Source: a virus
Lineage: Duplodnaviria; Caudoviricetes
Length of the DNA: 64,000 bases
Reading direction: 5' to 3' (one strand)
Virus record (IMG/VR): IMGVR_UViG_3300034071_001210
Span: 43,893-107,892 of that record
The position numbers were made by a program, and so were the translations under genes. Of this stretch, positions 39,015-47,007 are shown one piece after another (the stretch's first letter is position 1; each line of letters opens with the position of its first letter). Below the pieces are notes generated by a model. That model saw only the letters and a list, made by a program, of their open reading frames with translations. It was not told the origin of the DNA and searched no databases.

Positions 39015-39047
39015 TGCAGTCACGACAGTATCGGTTACAATATGCAC
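39015..39047 (+). promoter_or_regulatory. Cassette promoter P13
   Basis: Consensus motif; ATG at 39048. Confidence 0.85.
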
Positions 39048-41126
39048 ATGAACACATCTCTCTCCATCTTCGCCAAGGCACTCGCGTCCGAAAACCTCTC
39101 GTTCTCCTTTAGCAACAAGGCTGAGACTGCATCGTTCGATGTCAAGTCCCGGCACCTCGTCATGCCCATTTGGAAGGTTTCCGAAACGGTGCAGACCATG
39201 TTGATCGCCCATGAGATCAGTCACGCCCTGTGGACTCCTTACGAGTTGTCCCGTACTCTCCTTGATGCTGCCGAAGCCGAGGGGTACAAGATCGACAAGT
39301 TGCAGCGTATCGCCAACATGATCGAGGATGTTCGTATTGAGAAGTTGATGAAGCAGAAGTTCCCCGGTACTCGCCGTGACTTCTTCTTGGGGTACAAGGA
39401 GATCAACGACCTTGACCTCTTTCAGTTCAACACCTTGGACTTGAGTGCCATGACTCTCAACTCTCGCCTCAACATTCACTTCAAGTGGGGTGTTCCGGGA
39501 TTCATTGATGTTCAACTCTCTGCCCAAGAGCAGGAGATCGCGGATATGGTGGACAGCGTTGTCACTTTCGAGCAGTGCATCGAATTGGCAAAGTACCTGT
39601 ACGGTGATCCGGATGCTGATGGCAAGAAGCATGAAGTCGAGGACAACAACAAGGGTTTGGCATTAGGAAACTCTATCGATGGTTCTCAAGATCCTTCGTT
39701 TGAGAATATGTTGAGTGGATTGGCAAGTCGCAAGGGTTCGCCGTTGGCTTCCACGACTGTGGTCATCGGTGGAGTGAAGGACTTGAACCGACAGATCATC
39801 AGCACCGAGCAGGTGTTGGAATCGTTCACCATTCATCCTTGGGCAGAAGAGACTCTCAACAACACCCCTGACCTCACGGCATACCGTACCTTCGTCCGTG
39901 AGTCTGATGCATTCGTTCGTCAGTTGGTTGCTCAGTTCGAGCGCAAGAAGGCAGCGGACGAGATTCGCCGTGAACGCCCAAAGCAGACGGGTCAGTTGAA
40001 CCTTGATCGTCTTCATCAATACCGCACCCATGACGATATCTTCCTGTCGAAGATCGTTAAGAAGGATGGCAAGAATCACGGGGTCATCTTTATGATCGAC
40101 TTCTCCGGTTCGATGCAGCCTACGCTCAATCACGCAATCCTTCAGGTTCTTCAGTTGGTTTGGTTCTGTGAGAAGGCAAAGATTCCGTTTGAGGTGTTTG
40201 GCTTCACCGATGTTGGTGAGCATTACATTCCGAACCAACCCGGTTTCGTCAAGGGTCAGGATTCACTTGCGAATGAAGCGCATACTTGCCGTAACAGTAT
40301 TCGCTACGGTGATGCTCGACTGATTACGCTTGCTTCATCCCGTGACGATGCGGCAAAGCGTGAACAACTTCTTGCCCTTGTCTACGAGACTTTCGTAACC
40401 AACACCCGTATGACTCCTGCAACGCTTCGTCTGAGCGGAACCCCAACGGTGGAAACTGTGGCTGTTGCTTCACAGTTTATGAAAGAGTGGATTGTGGCAA
40501 ACAATGTGCAGATTCCTACGCTCATGGTTGTCACGGACGGTGAGCCAAATGGTTTCAACCTTGTGAACGATGCCACAGATTACACCACCTATGGTGATGC
40601 AGGAAGTCTGACTGTGGTGAACCATGTTGCCGATACCGTGACTCGAACTACGATTACGAATCGTGACAATCTGTCGAACGCAGTCATCAGTACGATGCTT
40701 GATTCGATGCGGACAAAGTTTGGTGCGAGAATCGTTGGAATGTTTGTTGGTGGTAACAAGGCATTGCCTACCGGGATTTACAATAAGTTCTGCATTGCAT
40801 ACAACGAGAACAACTCGTACCAAGATCACGAACGATACTTGGCTGCAAGTGAGATGTACAAGTCTGAAGGTTGCATTCTTGCTCACTCCGAATGCTCACA
40901 AGGATACGATGAGTTCTTCATCATCAAGACTCCGCAGATCGTCAAGGACGAGGACGCGATTGCCGATAGCGGAACCTTCACCAAGATCAAGAACACCTTC
41001 ATTCGTACAATGGGTAAGCGTTCTTGCAGTCGAGTGTTCCTCTCACGGTATGTGGACATTGTGTCCGGACAGCCTATTCGTAAGGGGGCTGATGCTCTCT
41101 ACGGAAAGAAGACGGCTAATGCATAA
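39048..41126 (+). CDS. CobT-like protein: N-terminal HExxH domain and C-terminal VWA domain
   Basis: AHEISHALWTP, NMIEDVRIEK, MIDAS DFSGSM, LSGTP, VTDGE. Confidence 0.88.
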   Translation: MNTSLSIFAKALASENLSFSFSNKAETASFDVKSRHLVMPIWKVSETVQTMLIAHEISHALWTPYELSRTLLDAAEAEGYKIDKLQRIANMIEDVRIEKLMKQKFPGTRRDFFLGYKEINDLDLFQFNTLDLSAMTLNSRLNIHFKWGVPGFIDVQLSAQEQEIADMVDSVVTFEQCIELAKYLYGDPDADGKKHEVEDNNKGLALGNSIDGSQDPSFENMLSGLASRKGSPLASTTVVIGGVKDLNRQIISTEQVLESFTIHPWAEETLNNTPDLTAYRTFVRESDAFVRQLVAQFERKKAADEIRRERPKQTGQLNLDRLHQYRTHDDIFLSKIVKKDGKNHGVIFMIDFSGSMQPTLNHAILQVLQLVWFCEKAKIPFEVFGFTDVGEHYIPNQPGFVKGQDSLANEAHTCRNSIRYGDARLITLASSRDDAAKREQLLALVYETFVTNTRMTPATLRLSGTPTVETVAVASQFMKEWIVANNVQIPTLMVVTDGEPNGFNLVNDATDYTTYGDAGSLTVVNHVADTVTRTTITNRDNLSNAVISTMLDSMRTKFGARIVGMFVGGNKALPTGIYNKFCIAYNENNSYQDHERYLAASEMYKSEGCILAHSECSQGYDEFFIIKTPQIVKDEDAIADSGTFTKIKNTFIRTMGKRSCSRVFLSRYVDIVSGQPIRKGADALYGKKTANA

Positions 41127-41147
41127 GGCTTAGTAATACAAAGCACA

Positions 41148-41185
41148 GACCCCGTACCTGGAAGGAGAGAGCCAGGTACGGGGTT
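41148..41185 (+). terminator. Hairpin after VWA gene
   Basis: ACCCCGTACCTGG/CCAGGTACGGGGT. Confidence 0.65.
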
Positions 41186-41196
41186 ATGTCATTGCA

Positions 41197-41235
41197 GCTA
41201 CTATCAGATCCTTCTTTTCAGGATCTGATAGTTGT
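41197..41235. repeat. ACTATCAG hairpin element H7
   Basis: 13-bp perfect stem 41200-41232 followed by GGACGGGATGGACGG. Confidence 0.9.
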
Positions 41236-41368
41236 TATCGGACGGGATGGACGGTACGGACGATAACCGCGGATGGCCTCAAAGATTCTGTAATAAATTC
41301 GAGCTAATCTGAATTGTGGTACAGTTGCTTGACTACCCCCATATATGGTGTATAGTATAAGTCTGTTC

Positions 41369-41674
41369 ATGCGCCCTATAATCCCCGAGTCCTACGTGAA
41401 ATATTCTCGTCCTTATAGGACTCGGGGTTATGGGACGTTACATGTTATCGGTATGTCATTTCTTCTCAGTATTCTGAGCCTTGCATTGGTTATAGGCTGT
41501 GCTATACTATTCATGATACTCGCAGGTATTATTCACCCTTCCAGAATACTCGGACAGTATTCAGCTGGACAAGATTCTCAAAAAATTCTGAATATTTCTG
41601 AGGGCCCAGAAGAAAAAATCTACTATCAGGGCTTCCTGGATGTCTACCGTATGCGTAGGCCGGACGGGATCTAG
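41369..41674 (+). CDS. Possible membrane protein (doubtful)
   Basis: Hydrophobic stretch; TTGACT promoter at 41329; 3' end overlaps a degenerate hairpin element. Confidence 0.35.
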   Translation: MRPIIPESYVKYSRPYRTRGYGTLHVIGMSFLLSILSLALVIGCAILFMILAGIIHPSRILGQYSAGQDSQKILNISEGPEEKIYYQGFLDVYRMRRPDGI

Positions 41675-42072
41675 ACTCGGACGGGACCTGGAGAGGGTTC
41701 GGCTACTCTCCTCTCTGGGTCCTGGACGGGATATAGCGTTTTGTAAGGCTATTGCAGTTTTTTAAGAATATTTGCGTACTTCCAGGTACTTCCTGGATGG
41801 CGTTTGTCAAATTCTCTAAGAAATTGCAAATATTTAATAAAATTTGTAGTATTTACTTGACTCGTAGAATCGATTCTAAGCCCTTGGGGGGTCTTGGACG
41901 CGATTTGATGCCTTGAAGGTGCTCAAAGGGCTCTAAGGGGGGTTCAGAGACGATTAGAGGGGGTTTGGGTGACACTCACTAACTGTACATCCCTCAAATT
42001 TTCTTTAAATTTCTTCACCCACTTAGTAATTTTCATTCCCCACAATGCCCCATAATACCCCACTCCATTATT

Positions 42073-42474
42073 TTAATCTTTTTTCTTCTCTTCTCCATCA
42101 ATATTTTCTAAATCTTTTTGAGTAATTACATATGCCTTGATACTCTTCTTATGTTCTATATCGTGTGCTTTCTTTACTCTATTCAATCCGTCTGCTACTG
42201 ATATGGTTCCATCCTTGAGTTTGATTCCCAATATTGGATAACTGGTATCTGCATCCATCATTCTTTTCTTGTGATTCTTATTATCCATATCGTATTGCTT
42301 GTTCCACCATTTTAATGCGTCTGTATCTTTGATGTCTACAGTTACTTGTTTAGTATGTTTTTTAGCCCATGCGTATACATCAGCAACTTTGTAATCCTTA
42401 TTGGTTACATCAGAATGCATTTTCTGATCTTTCCAATTTTCTGCTTCTGCTAAAAATTCTTTAAATTTCTTCAT
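42073..42474 (-). CDS. ParB/Srx-like protein with capsid-targeting leader
   Basis: MKKFKEFLAE; ADTSYPIL...VADGLNRVKKA. Confidence 0.7.
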   Translation of the reverse strand: MKKFKEFLAEAENWKDQKMHSDVTNKDYKVADVYAWAKKHTKQVTVDIKDTDALKWWNKQYDMDNKNHKKRMMDADTSYPILGIKLKDGTISVADGLNRVKKAHDIEHKKSIKAYVITQKDLENIDGEEKKKD

Positions 42475-42478
42475 GGTA

Positions 42479-42676
42479 TTACTCTCCTCCACCACCATCT
42501 CCACCACCTTCACCACCACTCTCTCCCTCTGTATTATGTTCATGTCCATAGAAATTAAACCCATAATATGGTGATGTATATCTCTTTGCTTTCTTCTTGG
42601 TTCTTTTCTTTTTCTTTTTGGGCATATCAAGATAAACATCATAGTTTTCTTCTAAAAATTCTTTAAATTTCTTCAT
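42479..42676 (-). CDS. Small basic protein with capsid-targeting leader
   Basis: MKKFKEFLEE; K-rich core, G-rich tail. Confidence 0.7.
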   Translation of the reverse strand: MKKFKEFLEENYDVYLDMPKKKKKRTKKKAKRYTSPYYGFNFYGHEHNTEGESGGEGGGDGGGGE

Positions 42677-43209
42677 TGTTTTGTTCCGTGTATAATTCCC
42701 TTTTCCAATTTTGCATCAGGAAATGTTACTTGTACTGTCTTTAAATAATCTCTTAATCTTTGATTTCGTTGCCATGAGTCTTTTCCAGTCTGCTTTCCTG
42801 CTCCCGATCTATCTCCTTCGTAAACATCAACATAGACTCTTCCACCCGGTTTCAGGGCATCGTGGGCTTGTTGAAGTACTGTATGATGATCTGTCTCATC
42901 CTGTATGACATTCAGTACATTGAAGAGTGATGCGGTATCTGCCTGCCCTGATCCGGCTGTTTGTAATACTCTTTCATTGTGGTCGGCTGGTCGATTGTAT
43001 GGATCATAAACATAAGCACGTACTTGACGATCTCCCAAGAAGTCTGTTCCCATATCATGTTTACCACCACCAATGTCAATATGAGTCGTATCTTTTTGCC
43101 AACCATGAAGTTTCTCTACAGTTTTAAAGGCTTGGGCTACTTGAGGTCTTGAAGTTGCCGCAGAAGTAATATTCTGGTCTTCTAACAAAAATTCTTTAAA
43201 TTTCTTCAT
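42673..43209 (-). CDS. Class I SAM-dependent methyltransferase with capsid-targeting leader
   Basis: MKKFKEFLLE; IDIGGG, YDPY, NVLNVI, LKPGG. Confidence 0.8.
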   Translation of the reverse strand: MKKFKEFLLEDQNITSAATSRPQVAQAFKTVEKLHGWQKDTTHIDIGGGKHDMGTDFLGDRQVRAYVYDPYNRPADHNERVLQTAGSGQADTASLFNVLNVIQDETDHHTVLQQAHDALKPGGRVYVDVYEGDRSGAGKQTGKDSWQRNQRLRDYLKTVQVTFPDAKLEKGIIHGTKQ

Positions 43210-43265
43210 GGTATAATATTTATTGAATAGTTGACTTATTGGTATTATGTTCTATAATTAATCCC

Positions 43266-43805
43266 ATGAGAAATGCAAATTTACCTTATCACCTATATGT
43301 AAATGTTAAAAATTCATTTCTTGGGCAGAATATGCCTGATGGGTATACACCTGCCATGTGGCACGCTGTGTATTCTCGTCCCGGTCAGTTGATCTGCTGC
43401 CATGTGATTCTTCAATCAGGTGCTCATTGGTCAGGTCTTCCGTTGTCTGCCTTATCGACTACTGATGTATTTGATGATAATAGTAATATTAACATTCAAC
43501 CTTGGGGTGGAATGGGAAATAATATTGAAACTTTTATGGCAACCTACTTAGAAGGGCTTTCCGTGAATGTCTTTCGTGCAGAAAAAGAGGGTAGGCACAC
43601 CGGAATTATACTTGATTGGGAAGATGGGTATTCTCGTTACCCTGCTGAACATAAGCCTCTAAGTCTTATTGCTCTTGACTGTGGATACTTTGCTCTCGTT
43701 CCCAATAATTACTTTACGGTGAAGGATAAGCATTTTGTGAATGATAAACATTCAAATAATTTAAAATTTTATAAACGTGGTGAGACTGTCTATTGGGAGC
43801 GTTAA
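43266..43805 (+). CDS. Conserved phage hypothetical protein
   Basis: TTGACT...TATAAT promoter; SGAHWSGLPL, EHK, PNN motifs. Confidence 0.7.
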   Translation: MRNANLPYHLYVNVKNSFLGQNMPDGYTPAMWHAVYSRPGQLICCHVILQSGAHWSGLPLSALSTTDVFDDNSNINIQPWGGMGNNIETFMATYLEGLSVNVFRAEKEGRHTGIILDWEDGYSRYPAEHKPLSLIALDCGYFALVPNNYFTVKDKHFVNDKHSNNLKFYKRGETVYWER

Positions 43806-44206
43806 GTATTTCTCTTTGTAGGGGATACTTTGTTTCCTGATGCTCCATGCATTCCTACTCTTGACTTCTCTGCCTTCTTACTCTTGAGTTCCTTTGATGA
43901 CATCTCTGAGGCTGTCTTTGGGGTCTTCTTGCTGACTCTCTTGCTTGGTCTGCAATACTCATTCTTTCCCCCTGCACCACAATCCTTGCCAGTCTTGGTA
44001 TCTTTCCACTCCTCTGCCTCCCAGCGTTTCAGATTGGCTCCCTCTTTCGACTTCTTGACATCACCCTTGCCTTTGCGGCATTTGGCGGTTGCTTGGGCTG
44101 CTCTGGCTGACCACTTACCATATGAGTTCATGGCTTGTCGGTAACAGGCATCCTTCTCTTCATAGAGATCATTTGATTCTGCTAAAAATTCTTTAAATTT
44201 CTTCAT
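43802..44206 (-). CDS. Basic protein with capsid-targeting leader (DUF5872-like)
   Basis: MKKFKEFLAE; KDACY, WSARAAQ, LKRWEAEEW, CRPSKRVSKKTPKT. Confidence 0.7.
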   Translation of the reverse strand: MKKFKEFLAESNDLYEEKDACYRQAMNSYGKWSARAAQATAKCRKGKGDVKKSKEGANLKRWEAEEWKDTKTGKDCGAGGKNEYCRPSKRVSKKTPKTASEMSSKELKSKKAEKSRVGMHGASGNKVSPTKRNT

Positions 44207-44262
44207 GGTACAATATTTATTGATTTAATTGACACACATCTTGAGTGTGTTATACTACATCA

Positions 44263-44721
44263 ATGCCAAATCCATATTACTCTTTAAATAAACAAAGCAC
44301 GACTGTTGCTTTGCCATTTGATGATGATGATACACAAAACACAAATGTAATATACAGAGTATGTAGCAATTGCAACACCAGAAAACCATTGCAAGATTTT
44401 TATAAAGATCGTGATGGGCATTCTTTAAAATGCAAAATCTGTAGTCACAGAATTAATAAAATTACTAAAAATCTTCATAAGACTGCTCCCCCAAGACCAC
44501 AAGCCTGTGAATGTTGTGGCAAAGTTTCAGACTCTCCATTGGTATTAGACCATGACCATGAGACTGGAAAGTTTCGTGGTTGGATATGTGCAAAGTGCAA
44601 TCTAGGTTTGGGAAGACTGGGAGATACCGTTGAGTCTCTGTTGAGAGCCGTAGAATATTTGAAAAAAAGTGCTTCTAGAATTTATGGCACTTCTTTGTTT
44701 GATGAAGAACCTACAGAGTAA
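44263..44721 (+). CDS. Endonuclease VII-like HNH protein
   Basis: CECC, LDHDHETGKFRGWICAKCNLGLG; TTGACA...TATACT-N6-ATG. Confidence 0.85.
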   Translation: MPNPYYSLNKQSTTVALPFDDDDTQNTNVIYRVCSNCNTRKPLQDFYKDRDGHSLKCKICSHRINKITKNLHKTAPPRPQACECCGKVSDSPLVLDHDHETGKFRGWICAKCNLGLGRLGDTVESLLRAVEYLKKSASRIYGTSLFDEEPTE

Positions 44722-44758
44722 TACTTTACTGTTGGTGATCTTGATGTATACTAACTCT

Positions 44759-45193
44759 ATGATTTCTAGACTCTACTCTGCTGGTCAGATGTTTCATGAT
44801 TCTGTATATGAGGGATCTATGTATGTGGAAGTTTCATATACAAACAGACTTACATTTGATTCTGCGTATACCATGATGGAACCTTGGGCTGAAGCCATTG
44901 AGCCTCCTACTGTTGCCGTTACAAGTTTTTCATCAAATTTGTTCATGGGAACGGCTGATGGTCTATGGATCTATAAAATCTACAATGGTGGAGTGTTGGT
45001 CAAGACCATTCAAATGGTTGATCAGCAGTTTGCTATTCCTATCATGTATGATCGAATCGAGAGTATCGCAATGGGTTCATTACAGATGACAGAATCGAGT
45101 GGTGTTGCTCCTACTCCCGTTCCTTCTCCGGGTATGGGGTTGATTTTAGGAATGGCTGCACTTATTTCATTAAAACGTAAACGAGTTGTTTGA
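44759..45193 (+). CDS. Protein with PEP-CTERM-like sorting tail (start uncertain; GTG 44669 possible)
   Basis: C-terminus VPSPG + hydrophobic helix + KRKR. Confidence 0.65.
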   Translation: MISRLYSAGQMFHDSVYEGSMYVEVSYTNRLTFDSAYTMMEPWAEAIEPPTVAVTSFSSNLFMGTADGLWIYKIYNGGVLVKTIQMVDQQFAIPIMYDRIESIAMGSLQMTESSGVAPTPVPSPGMGLILGMAALISLKRKRVV

Positions 45194-45223
45194 CATTTAC
45201 CCTACATAAGGTATCATATTGGT

Positions 45224-45460
45224 ATGAACACGACAATCAAGACATCAAAGATTGGGAGTAACCATGCCACCTTTAGCGGCAATGAATATATGTTCATTGA
45301 GTGGATGTATAAGGTGAAGCCTGAGTTTGAATACAACTACATTAGGCTTGAAGATTCCTTCACCATTCTTTTTGATGGTAACAAGAAGTTTGCTGATGAC
45401 ATTCTTAAGTTCATTCGTAATGACGGACACTATACTCTTATCAACAAGAATTGGAACTAA
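45224..45460 (+). CDS. Hypothetical protein
   Basis: TTGACA...TATCAT-N6-ATG. Confidence 0.65.
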   Translation: MNTTIKTSKIGSNHATFSGNEYMFIEWMYKVKPEFEYNYIRLEDSFTILFDGNKKFADDILKFIRNDGHYTLINKNWN

Positions 45461-45462
45461 AA

Positions 45463-45726
45463 ATGATTACTAAAACAATTAAAAAAGTTAAAGCCAAGAA
45501 GTATTACTACTCATTCATCTACAATCGTGGAAATTATTTTCAAATTTCTCGAGGACTTGAGAATCGTTATCCAAAACAATTTATGGGTTCGGGTATGATG
45601 ATGGGTAAGAATAGTTTTGATCTTGGTTTTGAATGTACTGCTCTAGAGTACAAGAAGATCGTTGCATGTGCTCGCCGCCGTTATGGAAGAATTCAAAAAA
45701 TCAGAAGGAATAAAATTGACTACTAA
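45463..45726 (+). CDS. Basic hypothetical protein
   Basis: ORF in operon. Confidence 0.6.
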   Translation: MITKTIKKVKAKKYYYSFIYNRGNYFQISRGLENRYPKQFMGSGMMMGKNSFDLGFECTALEYKKIVACARRRYGRIQKIRRNKIDY

Positions 45727-45727
45727 A

Positions 45728-45910
45728 ATGAAAAAGAAAACTACCAAGACTGCTCCTAGACGTTATACTCTATCACTAATGCCCCCACCGGGTACGTTCT
45801 CTGTACTGCTTGACGTGGCTATTCTAGCCATGCTCACGTTTGCTGCAAGTACATTGTTTCTCATGAGTCTGCAACTTTGTCAGAAGGTTACCATTACAGT
45901 AGGTAAGTAA
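45728..45910 (+). CDS. Small membrane protein
   Basis: Basic N-terminus and a hydrophobic helix. Confidence 0.55.
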   Translation: MKKKTTKTAPRRYTLSLMPPPGTFSVLLDVAILAMLTFAASTLFLMSLQLCQKVTITVGK

Positions 45911-46042
45911 TATGACTAACTTTGTAAGTTTTGTTGCTATTATGGCTGCTCTTGTACTTGGACTTGCAATACTTTCAATTGGTTTTGCCGTTGTATTATC
46001 AATTGCTATTCGTGCATTTGAAGCAAATTAATAAGGATTCTA

Positions 46043-46462
46043 ATGGCTATTAACTTTGTAGGCGACAATGATCACGGTGATAAAGTTCTTCCTCTCTCAG
46101 ATTTGTTATGGGTAGAGGTTACAAAACTTCGTCAAGAGGTTGTCAGACTTAACAATGTAATCACAGAAATCAAAGAGGGCTTTGAGGGTTGCTGCAACGC
46201 CTGCGAACCTGTTGGATTGATGAACAAGAAGTTGCGAGAAGAGCGTGATGAGGCTAGGTTAAATCTTTGTGATATGTATACACGAACACAACCAACAGGT
46301 TGCCAAATGAAAGCAGAAGATTATGCCCATGACAATGACTGGGATTGCTTCAAAGCGTTAGATGAACGCAATAAATCTATAGCCAATATTCACAAAAGTA
46401 TTATGACTAACCACAACGATCTTTTTCAAAAGTTAGCACAGAAAGAAAAGACCAATGGCTGA
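46043..46462 (+). CDS. Hypothetical coiled-coil protein
   Basis: AAGGA RBS; EERDEAR motif. Confidence 0.7.
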   Translation: MAINFVGDNDHGDKVLPLSDLLWVEVTKLRQEVVRLNNVITEIKEGFEGCCNACEPVGLMNKKLREERDEARLNLCDMYTRTQPTGCQMKAEDYAHDNDWDCFKALDERNKSIANIHKSIMTNHNDLFQKLAQKEKTNG

Positions 46463-46691
46463 TGGAGAATTTATAAAACACGGAATGACTCAAGCACGAT
46501 TTGACTTTCTGATGCAGCCATTTGACGATGAAGATTTTATCGTCATGCTCACAGCAGAGGAACTCAAAAATGGATGGCATTGGTGTGATGAATGGGATGG
46601 TCTTCTCATTCACACTGATGACGTTGAGTTTCAGCATTGTAAGTGTGAATTTATGAATAAGTTTCGAAAGGAAAATACCAATGAGAATTAA
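46455..46691 (+). CDS. Hypothetical protein
   Basis: GWHWCDEWDGLLI. Confidence 0.7.
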   Translation: MADGEFIKHGMTQARFDFLMQPFDDEDFIVMLTAEELKNGWHWCDEWDGLLIHTDDVEFQHCKCEFMNKFRKENTNEN

Positions 46692-47007
46692 ACCCCCTAC
46701 TGTTGGAGAAAAGATTGCTATGACAATGACAAACGACAATGCGCCTATTGCTGATGCATCAACTCTTGTGGCTCGGTTGGAGGAACACTCCGACTTTGCT
46801 CACAAGGTAGTTCGTGATCTGTTGCGTGAAGCATCAGAACGAATTCAGTTTCTCACAAAGGAACGGGATTACTATGAGATGAAGATGACTTTCTATGCCA
46901 AGGATGCACAGCGTGAAGCTGATGGCAGCTCAGGGAATGCATGTAAAAAAGATATTATTAATAATTATAAACATGGAACAGGATGGGGTAAAGGCAGTGA
47001 TGAGTAA
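46681..47007 (+). CDS. Hypothetical protein
   Basis: Overlapping operon ORF. Confidence 0.65.
   Translation: MRIKPPTVGEKIAMTMTNDNAPIADASTLVARLEEHSDFAHKVVRDLLREASERIQFLTKERDYYEMKMTFYAKDAQREADGSSGNACKKDIINNYKHGTGWGKGSDE

Noticed and set aside
29727-39047. Recurring peptide CSH(D/N)xxxYNxxM at the start of many ORF-track proteins
   Set aside because: It is the translation of the promoter DNA, in frame because the spacing to ATG is 33 nt; the true starts lie downstream
29366-41133. Many overlapping or antisense ORFs in the island (e.g. 33103, 33670, 38922, 39663, 40663)
   Set aside because: Shadows of GC-rich codon usage; they lack promoters or RBS and cross terminators and hairpins
31378-41235. 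CRISPR array formed by the ~35-nt hairpins
   Set aside because: Copies are about 0.9-2.8 kb apart with genes in between, interiors differ, and there is no cas operon
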